This document shows, one piece after another, positions 11,390 to 24,103 of a DNA stretch of 64,000 nucleotides. The DNA is taken from contig OZ287703.1 of the NCBI GenBank assembly GCA_965649825.1, forward strand, positions 372,001 through 436,000, given 5' to 3'. How positions within the stretch are numbered: the first letter of the stretch is position 1; each line of letters begins with the position of its first letter. The notes below the pieces were generated by a model. It did not search any database and was not told where the DNA came from. It worked only from the letters and a program-made list of their open reading frames with translations. Both the position numbers and the translations under genes were made by a program. The DNA is from Penicillus capitatus. Lineage: Eukaryota > Plantae > Chlorophyta.

Positions 11390-13422
11390 ATGATGACGGA
11401 TGCGACAGAGAATCTGAAAGAGCCTCCCGATGGTGCCATTATCCAAGAAGGTCCCGTCAAGATCGAACAGTTCGGCAACAAAGTCTTCTACAACAAAGCG
11501 CAGGCATGATGCCTTCTGTGAGACAGAATAGAATGATATGATTTGTCTAGTGCTCTAATCGTGACATCTCCGTTGCCGTACTGAAGCATTTTGAAAAGAT
11601 TAGACGGGAGGAGATTGCATCTGGGAAACTGAAATTGCATTCACGTCGAGGAAAGACCATACCGAACGCCCCTCGTTTACAGCCCTTTCTCGCTAATCAT
11701 GCCGTAGATCCCATTGCACGCGCTGTGATGCCCGGCAGAGATGATGTGACAGGAGATAGAAGGGTTGAAAATCTTTGAAGGTCTCACGGCATCCGGTTTG
11801 AGATCCATACGGTATGCGATGGAAGTCCCTGGAGTGGGTGCCGTTGTTGCCTGCGATCTGGACAGTACTGCTGTAGAGGCGACAAAAAAACATGCTGCCA
11901 TGAACGGCGTGGCTGATAAAATCTATCCCCTTCACGCAGACGCACATCTTCACATGCTTCAGCACCCTCAGGTTATCCACATGCGGTTGTCAAGCGAAGA
12001 AGTGCTTGCCGGTGTGATGCTGCAGTTTTATGATGTCATCGATCTGGATCCGTACGGAACGCCCGTGACGTTTCTTGACAGTGCGGTACAGTCGATTGCT
12101 GAGGGCGGCATGCTTTGTGTGACGGCCACGGATTCTGCCGTCTTATGTGGCGGCAATCCTGAAGTGTGTTACACAAAGTATGGCAGTATTTCACTTAAGA
12201 GGGGCTACTGTCACGAAATGGCCATACGCATTCTGCTACAATGTATCGACGCCCATGCCAACCGGTGCCATCCTCTGTCGAATCACACTTTCTGATGGCG
12301 GACTGGTGTTAGGTACAAAAGAGTGATCGTTCCAATCGTATCAATACATGTGGATTTCTATGTCCGAGTATTTGTTCGTGTGTTCACTTCGGCTCAATTG
12401 GCAAAATTCTCGCCGACCAAACTGGCTATGGTTTACCAGGTTGATCTCATTGTTTATAGCATCAGCAGATTCTCCATGACATGAGTGTGATGTAGAGTAC
12501 AGCGTGTGAGTCTTTTTACTTCCAGCCTTTGTGTGTCAAAAAGGCAGAAGGAAAATCTAATCCAAAATTTGGGCCAGCAACGGCACCGGCTGTTCCGCAC
12601 AAGTGTCCCGAAACGGACTCCAGGTTCAACGTGGGCGGTCCCATTTGGATAGATCCGATGCACGATGCCCAGTGGGTCAAAGCGATTCTGGAAGCCATAC
12701 GAAAAGAACCTGTACCTTACACAACACAGAGCAAAGTCGTGGGGTGCGCACTCTTTAGCTGCATTATGCAACGTATGTCTCACACGCTTCTGTCTGCTGC
12801 AGACTGCTGACTTCTATCCAAGAAGAACTCCTCGATGCACCGCTGTATATCGATCTGCATCTGCTCTGTAAGAACGTGCATGCCGTAGTGCCAACTATGA
12901 ACTACTTCACCTCGGCCATTGCCAATCAAGGATTCAGGCAGACATCCCTGCTTTGTTGTGGGCCCGACGGCAGATTGTTTTGCAGAGTTTCGTTGACGCA
13001 TTGTAATCCGAAGGCTTTCAAGACGGATGCTCCTTTTGACATGGTGTGGGATATGCTCCGTGCATGGATTAAGGAACAGCCACTCAATCAGAAACCTGAA
13101 CCTGGATCGGTAGCTGCGAAAATCCTTGAAAAGGTGAGATCTTTGTCCGTCAGGTTATTGGTGTACTTATCGACACTGTATGAACTAGGAAGTAAAATAT
13201 GACATTAAATTCTCGAACCGACCGGTCAGCAATGCTCGTAAAGCAGGCGTGGCTCGTTTTGTACCGAATCCGGCTCAGTGGGGTCCGTTGCCGCGTCACG
13301 GACGAAAACAGAAAGCAGGTTCGATCATGATTGCCGGCTCTCCGCAAATTATTGTTCTTGTTTATGGTTTAGAAGGTCAAGAAGAAACGAAGAGTTCTAA
13401 GAAACACAAACAAAATATCTAG
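11390..13422 (+). CDS. TRM1: tRNA (guanine-26 N2,N2)-dimethyltransferase
   Basis: Contains VFYNKAQ|CSNRDIS, EGLTASGLRSIRYA, DVIDLDPYG, EGGMLCVTATD, HEMAIRILL, GGPIW, GFR|VSLTHCNP and RFVPNPAQWGP. GC-AG introns at 11504-11550 and 12938-12985. Confidence 0.92.
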
Positions 13423-13775
13423 TTGCACTCAAATGCCTGTCCTTTTCATTCCTGAGTGTATTGGACATGCATGCGTCCATCGATTTGACGAACAGGGAAG
13501 CGACGAAAAGACGACCGTGGCGGACTATTGGTGTTTTGGTTGCGATTCGTGCAGTGGTCGTTTAATAGATCAAGCCAAATCTTGTCGGCTTTGCTATCAT
13601 CTCCGATTCCACAACGACAGGGACCCAGTGTAAGGACACACTCTTCTCGGCCCACTCGCCTGGAAGAGATCGCCGAAATCGTCTGAATTGCTCCGAAGCT
13701 GCATGCTAATTCTCATCATTCCTCGCCTGGTCGACACCGAAAAGGCTATGGCTGGATTGAGAATGCACAAAGCAG

Positions 13776-15395
13776 TTAGGCAGAAACTCGTCTTCTTACA
13801 GCAGATACAAGCATCGTCCGAACATCGTCTGGATCAATCGACGCCAATCGATCGCTCTGCGCGAGTCGTTGCAGTGATCGAGAAAGCTTTTCTGCCCGTT
13901 GCAGATCGAACATGGCCAGTCCTCTTACGAAATCGCGAAGTACTGGACGCTTTACATCGCTCAGCGTCTTCAACGCACTCACTTTTCGCACGATCGTCAT
14001 TCCGTCGATCGGCAGTCGCTGCTTTCGATCCTTCACGATTCCTGTCAATTCGATTGCCTCTTTAGCGGAGAATTCTCTCAGGCGTTCTTCCGAAAAGGTC
14101 TCCATCGCAAGTTTCGCCGTTATCTCTTCGTCATCCTCCACAATGCGCGACGCAGTCAATGCCTTCATCGAGATAATGATTTGCTTGCGTGTGAGTTCTT
14201 GTAGGCGTGTGTCGCGCGTCAGTTCCATAAAGATTGCCATCCACATGCCACTATTGGGCACACTGAGCTGCGAGAAAGCATGGACAATGCCGACGAGTTG
14301 TGTTGTGGAGAACGTCGTCAATCGCTGGCGTTTCGTCACTTCGATGGTCACCTGATCGACCAGATTGCGATTGATGGAACGGCTATTCGCGATGGAGAAA
14401 ACAAGAGCAGCCATGCGATCTTCTGATAGATCACGAGTGCGATGCATCGAGGCGATAAATCTCTCGACCATACGATCCAGTCGCAGGTCATGACGTCCGA
14501 GAAACGAGAGACTCTTCAGAATGCTCGGCAATCGAAGCTCGAATTCATCATCCGGGTTCCGCAGGGTGGCGATTTCTTCGATCAAAACATCGAGGAGCTC
14601 TTCCACCTGAGGCATGCCGGATGCAAGTCTGATGTGCTTCTCGAATCCAGTCGGCGCTTTCGAACGTGGTGCACTGGTTTCTTGCATCCGACTTCCGAGT
14701 CTCTTCTCCGCTCGTCGCATGAGTGTCCCACACGCGTGGATCATCGTAGCGATTTCGCGAATCGTCATCTCCTTGGCATACCCTCGTTCGATCGCCAACT
14801 TGGCAACATCATTAAGAAAGTGTGCCCGATTGTGGACCTTGAATCGAGAGCAGGAGAGAAAGAGACCGACGACATCGTCCTTTCGTGTGCTGCCGATCGT
14901 TCGGGCCGCCAGATCGAGAATCGATTGTAGTGCCTTTAAATGCAGATCGAATCCGGCGAAACGACATCTTGTTAATGCCGCCACGATCTGGCGCATCTGC
15001 ACATAGTCCTGTGCGTCGTGGAGAGCGTCCAGAATGTCGCGAGGATTTTCGAATCGCCGAAAGTCGATGTATGCATGCGGTGCTGCCGGATTCGGATAAT
15101 CCAGGTCTCGTTGTTTTTCGTCCAGTTCCATTCTTTGATATCGTGCCACTGTCGGAACGGCACTCTCGGCGAAAACTATCGATGTCGGCTTTCGTTTCAG
15201 CACTTTGAGATCGGCAAAGTCCCAGTTCTCGCAATTGTCATCCAGTTCGAGACGCAGAAGCGCATTTGAACGCGATGGCCTCGACTCTGTCTCTGTCTCT
15301 CTCGTAACAGTGCTTGTTCGTTTTTCGGTGGCGAAGTTACGTATGTACACGATTCGCATCCGAGCGAATCCAGATCGACGCAGGTGACCGAACAT
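13776..15395 (-). CDS. Organelle-targeted helical-repeat RNA-binding protein (OPR/HPR/RAP-family-like), intronless
   Basis: About 540-aa ORF with an Arg/Ser-rich N-terminus (MFGHLRRSGFAR) and repeated units such as LTTFSTTQLVGIVHAFSQLSV and LQELTRKQIIISMKAL. No clear RAP domain seen. Confidence 0.6.
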   Translation of the reverse strand: MFGHLRRSGFARMRIVYIRNFATEKRTSTVTRETETESRPSRSNALLRLELDDNCENWDFADLKVLKRKPTSIVFAESAVPTVARYQRMELDEKQRDLDYPNPAAPHAYIDFRRFENPRDILDALHDAQDYVQMRQIVAALTRCRFAGFDLHLKALQSILDLAARTIGSTRKDDVVGLFLSCSRFKVHNRAHFLNDVAKLAIERGYAKEMTIREIATMIHACGTLMRRAEKRLGSRMQETSAPRSKAPTGFEKHIRLASGMPQVEELLDVLIEEIATLRNPDDEFELRLPSILKSLSFLGRHDLRLDRMVERFIASMHRTRDLSEDRMAALVFSIANSRSINRNLVDQVTIEVTKRQRLTTFSTTQLVGIVHAFSQLSVPNSGMWMAIFMELTRDTRLQELTRKQIIISMKALTASRIVEDDEEITAKLAMETFSEERLREFSAKEAIELTGIVKDRKQRLPIDGMTIVRKVSALKTLSDVKRPVLRDFVRGLAMFDLQRAEKLSRSLQRLAQSDRLASIDPDDVRTMLVSAVRRRVSA

Positions 15396-15432
15396 CAAAT
15401 GCGACTGTCGATTTACAATCGACGCACACGGT

Positions 15433-17618
15433 TTATACATCGTCGTCATCGTCGAAGGGATCATCAAGAGGCATGTCTTGGTTCCCAGAAGCGGCTCCAA
15501 AGGAACTTCCGCTGGCCTTAGGAGTGTCATGCCGGTCGCTACTGTTTTCCTCAGCTGGTGGATCAGCTAATAACGCAAATTCGTGAACGGCCCCTCTAAT
15601 GACGTCTTCAGACGTCGGATCCGCGCATTCGCCACTCGAAGACACATCTTCGTACAGTGGCATTGCCTCTTCTTTGATTTCGATGCTCTCTTTCGAACCG
15701 GAATCTTCCATTCCGTAAGGAGCATCTCCATCGAATCTCGACGTTCCTGAGACGGGGTCGATGGCTTCGATGTCGAGATCCGGGGTATGTGGATCCACAT
15801 CTCCTTCTGCTTTATCCGCCCTCTGTGAATGCGGCTCATCAAGAGACGGATGCGTTTCAGCAAAATCCATCTGCATGTCGCTTGTCGGATGGCCGCCGTT
15901 TCCTGCCCAGAACGTAAGCCTAGATGATACGGCAGGGACGACCGATACCTCCAAGCATTGCAGCAGATCTGGGCAATTCTCTTTCAAACCGCACAGGCTG
16001 ATCCGGTCGATCTCCATCGATCACGATCTTCATCCTGCGTTGCACTTCTGACACTCCCTTCGCTTCACGTACTGTGTCTGCTGTCTGTTGTTTGGCAGAA
16101 CGAATCTCTCTGGTCTGGGATTGTTCGGTTAATCGAGCTGCCATTGGCACATCGATCTGGATGCCATTCGCCTCAGCTTTGTCCATCAGGGTGCGCATTT
16201 CGTTGCGGATTCTGGACTTCACCAAATTGATACGATGCATGCAATCATCGACGAGGTGACTGCTGTACCTAATCGGTCAGTCAATAGCCTTACGCAGACA
16301 GACACGGTGGCAGTGCACACCTGGGAAAAAAGGAATCGTAATGAGACATTGCTGCTCGGTGGTCTTCCTCTTGACGCACTCTCTGGAAAAATGCAGCTGG
16401 TGGTTCACTAAACACAATCTCATCATACTTCTCATCCACCACTGGTCTCCTTGTTGAAGGTTCACCTAAAGTGCACAGCAACCGTCATCTGCTTGCCTTT
16501 TCAGGCAAACATTTTGCACACTCGTCGTATAGAGCTTGAGGGAATGCGTCATAGCTATCGGTGGTCCGACGACATCGTCATGAAATTCGATAAACACCCC
16601 GATCTCAAACTCGCCCCATCCTGCAACACGTTCTGTTTGATAAGGCCAAGCGACGCGACTGCTTAATGAGAACACCCGTCTCTTCCAGCTCGTAAGGAGG
16701 TCTGTCGATAATGCGCTCTGGCTGAGAAAAACTTGGATGCAGATGGAACCGGACACGGCGAATGACGTGCGACAGATCAATGCCGCCAGGCGAACGAACG
16801 TACACCACCCAGCGATAGCATTTCTTCTCCGGCGCTTTTTTCCCTAAGTCACCCACCCCCTTAATCACTCACTGACTGTCACATCATTCTCACTCTTTAC
16901 CCAACCAGAAGGCAATGGATCCCACACAAATGGGCAGCACAAATGATCCATGCTCGATCCGCACTGTCCCTCTGCCATCTGTATAGATGGGAAAAGGATA
17001 GTCGATCACTTGCTCCTCCATTCTCTTTTCTTTCTTGGCAGAATGATCTCCCGTAGTTCTCTCACGGGCTGAAGATCCCACATGACCGGAGTCTGCCCGT
17101 CGACGGAGACCCTCCACGTCCGAGACGTCATTCTCGCCTTCGCTCTCCACATCCATGTCGCGAAGCTTTGTCGGCGCAACTCGGCGACGAGCTCGACCCA
17201 CTGACGGCAACGACGTCCCTTCGATTCTTCGGACAGATTCGTGGGCCGCCGAGCTGCCATGCGTCTCGAAATCGGTACCGCCTCCACTGCGACGCTCTTG
17301 TGTCACAGGAGGTTCGCGAGAAAGCCGTCCGCGTCCGCGTCCAGCACGCGAAGGCGGACGGCCTTTACGCTTCCCTCCTCGACGAATGGCCACAGGATTT
17401 CCACTGGACACAGAGACCGTCGCATAGCGTTCTGCCGAACGAACGCACGTTTTCTCTTCGGCTTTGGCGTCCGAATCGCGAACGGAAAGCGTACGATTCG
17501 AGCTCTGTTGCTGTTGGCTTTCGAGTTCAGCCTCAATCAATGGAAGCTGTTGCCCGACATCACGTTTCCAAGGAGAGCGTCCTCTTCCGCGTCGACCTCG
17601 AGCACTCGTTGGTGGCAT
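15433..17618 (-). CDS. YAF9: YEATS-domain protein (YAF9/GAS41-like) with long N- and C-terminal extensions
   Basis: Contains FWLG|KKAPEKKCYRWVVYVR, VRFHLHPSF, PPYELEETG|WGEFEI and PVVDEKYDEIVF, followed by a coiled coil and an acidic tail. Confidence 0.85.
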
Positions 17619-17670
17619 AGAGATTCTAATTCCACGACGAAGTGTCGTACTTTTTGAAAACGCATATCAC

Positions 17671-19128
17671 ATGGAACAGCATCGTTGGTCGTGCCTCGAA
17701 TCTGGCCTTATCGAACAAGTCGTTTTCTGTTTGAAAGCAACGCAAAGATGGAAACGCGACGGACGGTCTCTTCGCCTTATCAACCGCCACTGGTGTCTCG
17801 AAGTCGACCGGCACATTTTCAGCGTTGAACCACATGCGAGTCGTGATATCATCGCTCAGGATTTGCCCTCGTTGCTCAAGTTCTCACGCCTTGTCTCCCT
17901 CGATGCCACGCGCTTCGTCAGGGAATACGAGGCACAGAACTTTCCATCCTTGGGAATCCTTAGGCGTCTACCCCATCTCTCACGTCTGAAGCTTGCAAGT
18001 GACCGTTGGAATGGAATCGGCCTTCCAGCACTAATCACAATGCCCAGAATCCAGTCCCTTTGTCTCGAAACACAATCCCAAGCACACGTCACTCAAAAAG
18101 ACTTGCACTTTCTGAGCCGACTTCCGTTGAAAGAGCTTTCCATTCGCTGTCCTCTTCATCGAATGGAGCCTTTCTTTCGTCGATGTCGCAGTTTGGAATG
18201 GCTTGATGCCCAAGTATACCCTGGTGATGTGCGTTTTCCATACGACGCATCATTGCTCAATGGACTAAAAACCTTGAAACTGACTTTTCGCACAGCGGGG
18301 CATAGCTTTGAACTACCAGATCTGGGTTTCTTATCATCGGTGAGAAGTTTGACAGATATCGACGTGATGTCCTTCTGCAGTGAGGATTTGGACTGGTCGG
18401 TGCATCTACCGCATTTGAAGAGTCTCAAAATCGCAGTGGCATCGATGGACGTATTATCAACCGTGGCCTTCCTTCATACGCTGCAACGACTGGCGGTTTT
18501 CCACGTTCGAAGCAGTACATCGCAGTCACTCGATATGGGACACGTCATTCGACACGGCACTCAATTGCAATCCTTGCACTTGAATGGCTTCAAAGTCGAC
18601 TGTCAGCTCATCAAAGAGCATCTACAGGAACTTGAATCGTTGGCATTGGATACCTGCTGTTTCCAGAACAGCCAGTTCTTCTTCATGGATCTCAAACCTT
18701 TAAAGAAACTGGCATTTCACTGCATTCGAGATCCTTTTGCATCTCTTTGTCTAGGGTCTGCTGTTCTCACTCGTCTAACCGTTTTGAAGCTTTCTCTGAA
18801 ATCTGTCGATGCTGTAACAACAATTTCACGTCTCAAGCAACTCATCTGCTTGGGCCTTCGCACCTGTTATCCACTCTCTACCCATGCCTTACAACAACTG
18901 GGAACATTACCATCTTTGATGACATTTGGTGTTTCGCCACCCTTTCCAGAATCGTCTGTGAGCTTGTTCATGAACACGGACATGATGCGCCAGTTAGAAC
19001 TATTATACCTTCCAGATGCATGTTCCATTGTCGACGTCTCGTCTCATTCATTTTTCAAAAAGGAGGGACGACACCTCAAAATAGAAACAGAGCCAGAAGT
19101 CTTTGAATCTTTCATGCGTGCTGTTTGA
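17671..19128 (+). CDS. F-box-like / leucine-rich-repeat protein, intronless
   Basis: N-terminal WSCLESGLIEQV...LRLINRHW (F-box-like), followed by many LxxLxxLxL units. Confidence 0.65.
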   Translation: MEQHRWSCLESGLIEQVVFCLKATQRWKRDGRSLRLINRHWCLEVDRHIFSVEPHASRDIIAQDLPSLLKFSRLVSLDATRFVREYEAQNFPSLGILRRLPHLSRLKLASDRWNGIGLPALITMPRIQSLCLETQSQAHVTQKDLHFLSRLPLKELSIRCPLHRMEPFFRRCRSLEWLDAQVYPGDVRFPYDASLLNGLKTLKLTFRTAGHSFELPDLGFLSSVRSLTDIDVMSFCSEDLDWSVHLPHLKSLKIAVASMDVLSTVAFLHTLQRLAVFHVRSSTSQSLDMGHVIRHGTQLQSLHLNGFKVDCQLIKEHLQELESLALDTCCFQNSQFFFMDLKPLKKLAFHCIRDPFASLCLGSAVLTRLTVLKLSLKSVDAVTTISRLKQLICLGLRTCYPLSTHALQQLGTLPSLMTFGVSPPFPESSVSLFMNTDMMRQLELLYLPDACSIVDVSSHSFFKKEGRHLKIETEPEVFESFMRAV

Positions 19129-19770
19129 TATGGAAAATAAGGGAGAGACTTCTTTTCCATTTCTGAGTGTACAATTCTTGCCCGGTGTGTGTTCGTTTTT
19201 GCTATTATCTGGTTAACGAGTTGGCACTGTTGAGCATTCTGTCTCTAGCACGAAGCTATATGTCTTTTTTATGTATTCTGTCTTGAGCACGAAGATTCTA
19301 TAACAACGTCACCATCGAGTCAATATTCCACGGAAGAAATTGCAATGCTACTCGTTCTCATATGCTATGCTCTTCGATTTCTTTATCGAATCATAACATT
19401 CTTTAGTCTTTGATTTCAACTTGTTCTCTTTGTATGTGACGGTTGGCTGTGTGTGTGTTTCGTTTTTCTCTGACAGACATGGACAACCATTCTACTGCCA
19501 TTGCGGTTTCAATATTGGCCGCGTCATCAATGTATCAGTTCTATAATACAAACTCGAGTTATCGACATACGATCCCCACGCATTCGCCAATACTGTGGGT
19601 GGATATATGGGAGGATGGTTCGCAATTCGATCCATCAGAGTTGATAAATATTTCGGTGTGATCTGTGGTAAATCTCGATGAATTAAGCACGCGACAGAGA
19701 AAAAAGCGCTTCGTCTTTTTCGAAGATCGACAGGATCGATGCGTCTGCTCTGGATTTTGGCGCAAGCGTC

Positions 19771-20940
19771 ATGGAGTACGGAATCAGAAAACGCGTCGAC
19801 AAAATCCATCGCGAACTGCAGGAGATTCGCCAATCGCAATATCTCCCGCTTGTCGCTTCAAGACAAGGCATTGACACTCCCCGGAGAGATGCGCTAAAGC
19901 AGTTCGTTGCAGCAGAAGACGAAAATGGACGGGACCTTGTATCTGACGATTGGACAGTCGCTACGGCACAGTTCAGCGAGGAGCGCTTTCGACGCTACAA
20001 CGCAGAAAAGGACAGGCAAATGTTGTTGAGGGCACAGCGCGGGTAACAAAAGCCAAACGACCGAAGAAACGTGCCACGTCCTCTTCATTTCGGCCATAGT
20101 TTGCAGATGGGTTGTTTGCACGACGGATACGCGTCGGATCTTGAAAGAGATCGCCAACGCACGAATAGCAAAAATGCCAACATGTTTCACCAGGTGAGTG
20201 CTCTTTTGCTAGAGATCGTCCTTGTTGCGATGCGTTGTGACGCCATCTCAAAAAGGACGACTGGATGGAATGTTATCGCCGAACAGACTATCCTGAATAT
20301 CAGAAGGCAGAAGAAGCTCTTTCGGCAGATCTTTACGGCGGCGGTTCGAACGAGCACAGCGCCATTGTCTCGAATGCACACAACACCGCCTTTGAGAAAG
20401 CAGACAGTTCGCACACGAATGACACGTCGGGCGCTCTTCTGAAGAATCTCGCAAGGTTCGCGCGCTGTCCGTCTTGCGAAACGATGCGGGGTTGAACCAT
20501 TTGGTTAGTTGGTCGTCTGTCGTCGGTGACATTGCGGACGACACTCCGCGCGTCGTTTTTGAGTATAGAAGCGATAAGACATGTCGTCATCGCGGATTGG
20601 CGCAACAGAAGAAAATGCAAGATCGAGCCATCCGAACGATATCCGAACGATCGACAAGGCAGCGTTTGAAGGCTCTGCCCATTCCGGTGACAACATCACA
20701 ACCTATGTGAGATCTCTCTTGCGGCATCTGAGATTGCTTTGGCGGCTGTCTTAACGATTCCGCGACCGAGTGGATATATCACATAGGTACAAGCAGATGT
20801 TGGAAGAGCAAAAAATCAACAGACTTGTGAACTTGCATACGCGAAGAGCCTTTTTGACAAAGATGCAGCGACCTTTTGTGTTTCAAAGCCGTTGTCGTCA
20901 GTCGGGGAAGCGCGACACTTCTCAAGAGTTCGAGGTGTAA
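19771..20940 (+). CDS. Hypothetical protein with a C-terminal FAM161 (UPF0564)-like motif
   Basis: Four GT-AG introns keep the frame. The spliced C-terminus LKALPIPVTTSQPM|YKQMLEEQKINRLVNLHTRRAFLTKMQRPFVFQSR resembles the FAM161 core. True start uncertain. Confidence 0.5.
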
Positions 20941-21462
20941 AGTGCTCGTCGCTCAACATCAGCAACATATTGTCTGAAGAGAACCGACTTCCTTCGAGAC
21001 ACGTGCACCTCCTCCTCAGTTTAAACAGGAAAAGAGCTCTAGGGTTTTCTGTTTAGTAGAATCTACCTCTTACGGTTTTTTTTTTCGTTCTGTAACGGAT
21101 CTATTCTGCCAAAAATCTTTGAGTCAGAAGAAAGTGTTGCAGAGATGATGGATGCTACGGTGTTGACTAACGTGTTGCTTTTGAGGTTTCGTACACTCTT
21201 ACGCCAGACGGAAATGTATTTCTCTGCGTGGCATCAAAGGAGGAGTTTGCGACAATCCTCTCAGTTTCTCTCTCCTAACAGCTGACAATACACACACTGC
21301 TTTCTCAGAAGAGTGCAGACTGAATCCGTTGTGTTGCCAATGCAATAGCCTTTCCTCTTTTCCTAACGTAGATTAGAAGTGCAATATGATTTCTCGGACA
21401 TGGACGAACAGATTTGCTTTCGACTAATGAATCAAAGCATAAGTTATGTAGAAATTCATTCC

Positions 21463-24103
21463 TTCTATAGCGGTCACACCGCGAGAGAAAGCTGACGCGG
21501 ATACTCAGAAAGATGCCATATTAATTCGTAAACCACCATCGCTTCCAGTCAACAACATAAGCTAGACAGAATACTACTATCGTCTATGCCTTTTCTTGAG
21601 CCATCTATAGCAGTAAAAGATCAGTGCAGTAAAGACAACGCCGTACATGAAATGCACGAAGTGATCGGCTGTTGCCATCCCATTCCGGGCGGCCTGCTGC
21701 TCAAGTTTCTCCTCTTTGCGAAAAGTAAATCCTAAGTAAGACGCATCACCGCGTGTGCTCTGTTCTCCATCAGTCGGTGTTGCCTGTGCTCCGTTCTGCA
21801 AAAGCCAACCAGAATCAGCAGGTTTGTCTTCTGCAGTTGAAGATGTCACTTCGGAATGCTTGTCCGCGTCGTTCTCTCCAGCAGTCGAGCTTCTCTCTGC
21901 AGATGCTGCATCCGAAAGTTCATCTGTCGTCTCTTCCTCACGTCCTTCTGACTCTTCGGAGCTCTCGTCAATTGTCCCGAATGCCTCCATCGACTCCTCG
22001 TCCTCATCCGTCGGCACTTCGGTGTCGCGGGAGTCCTCTTCGACAGCGTCTCCATCGACTTCGGCGCTCGATTGCTGAGTGAAATCCTGCCCGGTATCTC
22101 CGATTGTCTCTTTCATGACGGCAATAGCGTCTTTCTTGGGGTCTTCTCTCTGGATAGTGTGCACGGCGCGTTCCACTCTCAAGGGCAGCCTTCCCGCATC
22201 GGGATCGTACCTATGTCGATGCGCATGAGAGCTCCATGTCAATTGCACAAGGAGGCCTTACTCTGGATGGTTCTTGTGGAATCTTGGATCGCCGCAGATT
22301 CCAGACGCCACAGCTTTCGGATTGCTGCAGTTCAGCAGCTCCATGCCTTGCAGTTCTTTCTCGAAAGGTTCGAAATCGCGGTGCCCTGCCTCGTGCAAGA
22401 GACGATAGAGTTCCAGATTCGGTCGGCGATAGAACTCCTTCAGCACGCTCTTTGCGTAGTTGACCATTGCCGGATCTTCTTTTCTGTAGTGGCCGACATT
22501 GGCCTTTTTCGAGGATCGCTTAATCATCCATTCCGTATAGGTTGGATGAAGATCCAAGAATTTTCCAATGTCTTTCATGACCTCCAGAGGACGCTACAAG
22601 CAGAATGTTCCACACGATGAGACCCTTAATGACAGGTTACCGAGAAGAACTTGTTTGAATTGACGATCTTGAATTGCGATGGATCATACAAGGTGAACCA
22701 CCAGGCAAGTTGTGGACCATACATGCCACGCAACACGTGCTCCTTTCCGACAGAATTACACTCATAGGAGCCTTTGCTATCTGTCAGTGTCACAAAAGGC
22801 CGCTGAGCACACTTGGTCTGAAATTTTACCACACGAAGCACACATCCCCAGCAGTCATTATAGTCGAATTCGCCATTGCCTGACAGCAGATGAATTGAAA
22901 GCCGACGTACATGAGCCAATCGGGGCACCTGTTTGAAAACTGCATTTTGGATCTTGTCCCACATCTTGCAGTCCTTCTCGTACGAGGCTCCAGAAACTCC
23001 GTGCCATCCAAGACTTGTTGCCAGGTCTCTTACGCATCACTTGAACTGTGTAAGACACCCCAGAATGGATACGACTGGTCGGGTCACGAAGAAAGACGAT
23101 GAATTTTCCGTGAGGAGCGATGACTTTAGCTTTGCAGGCAGAGAACGGAACCTGTGCACAGGATCCATCGTCATCACGAGTACGTCATGAATGTCAAGAG
23201 CACGCACCAGGAGATAGCTTGGACTGATCTCAAACAGACCGCCATTCTTTGGAGGCACAACAACACTCATGTTTGTTCCGTTCACTGAAACGGTCTTCCA
23301 TGGTCCTTTTTGATTTCTGCCCCAAGATTTCAGATAGGATATATAAGATTTGTTGCTGCCGGAATCCAAGTAATGAAGCTCCTTTTTTGCGTTAATCAGA
23401 CGGGGATGCACTCGAAAATGGTCGAAGAGTGTTGTCGTCCCTAATCGTCAAGACATAGATTTCGGAGGGCACTCGTGTCTGACCTACCTCCTTTCTGAAC
23501 ACCGATGCCTATGATTGTTGGCGGTGCCATTCCCTGGGTATCATTCTCTGGCAGTTTTCCAAATTCACAGCAGTTGGCGGATTCGGGTGTGGCAGCGCCG
23601 AACTTCGCTGGGACGCGAAAGGAGTAGTCTATGATGACTTGCAGTCCATCGACGCCACACAGGGCGAAAACGAAAAGACAGACGAACAGCGATGTCTTCT
23701 TCATCGAGCAATGTCCAGCGAAAAGAGTTTTCGCGATACGGAGGTGCCCTTCGTACGATTGATTCGCGACGACCTGAAACGACGGTCACGTCACGGTGTT
23801 TTTGTAAGCGCGACTAGCACTTTTGACTAAAAGCGATGACCATCTGGTCCGCCGTCAGTCCATCCAATGCATGCATGCATGCAAGCGATCGGGAATTTCT
23901 CAAGAAAATGATCCGTTGGATACAAATCGTCGACGTGAAAGTTCGAATGATATGTACCGAGTGAGACACTGAAACACTGTCGAACCTTCGATTCGCGAAT
24001 TTCTTGACCAAATGCAACACAAGTCATCCGTGTCGGACAGATTTCTGCCGACCGTTCCCGAAGTCTTTACGACACAAGCAAACTCGAAGCGCGTCTTGTC
24101 GAC
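21463..24103. repeat. Tandem segmental duplication, copy A (sulfotransferase + promoter + stub of neighbour)
   Basis: Aligns by eye to 25277-27917, from ttctatagcggtcaca to gtcttgtcgac. Confidence 0.9.
21577..23704 (-). CDS. PAPS-dependent sulfotransferase (heparan-sulfate 3-O-ST-like domain) with signal peptide and C-terminal TM helix, copy A
   Basis: Signal peptide MKKTSLFVCLFVFALCGVDG; 5'-PSB IIGIGVQKGG|TTTL; KELHY; EISPSY; 3'-PB LRDPTSRIHS; RGMYGPQLAWW; acidic stalk; TM FMYGVVFTALIFYCY. Six exons. Confidence 0.85.

Larger units (their letters stand above)
9747..11414. repeat. Segmental duplication, copy B
   Basis: Direct repeat of 2759-4448. Confidence 0.95.

Noticed and set aside
15396-15530. 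5' extensions of track ORFs 13776-15530, 17464-19128 and 42608-43912
   Set aside because: They overlap coding exons of neighbouring genes; later ATGs (15395, 17671, 43561) fit better.
19443-19690. Three overlapping short frames upstream of the FAM161-like gene
   Set aside because: No splice model with normal intron size links them to a gene, and no family was recognised.
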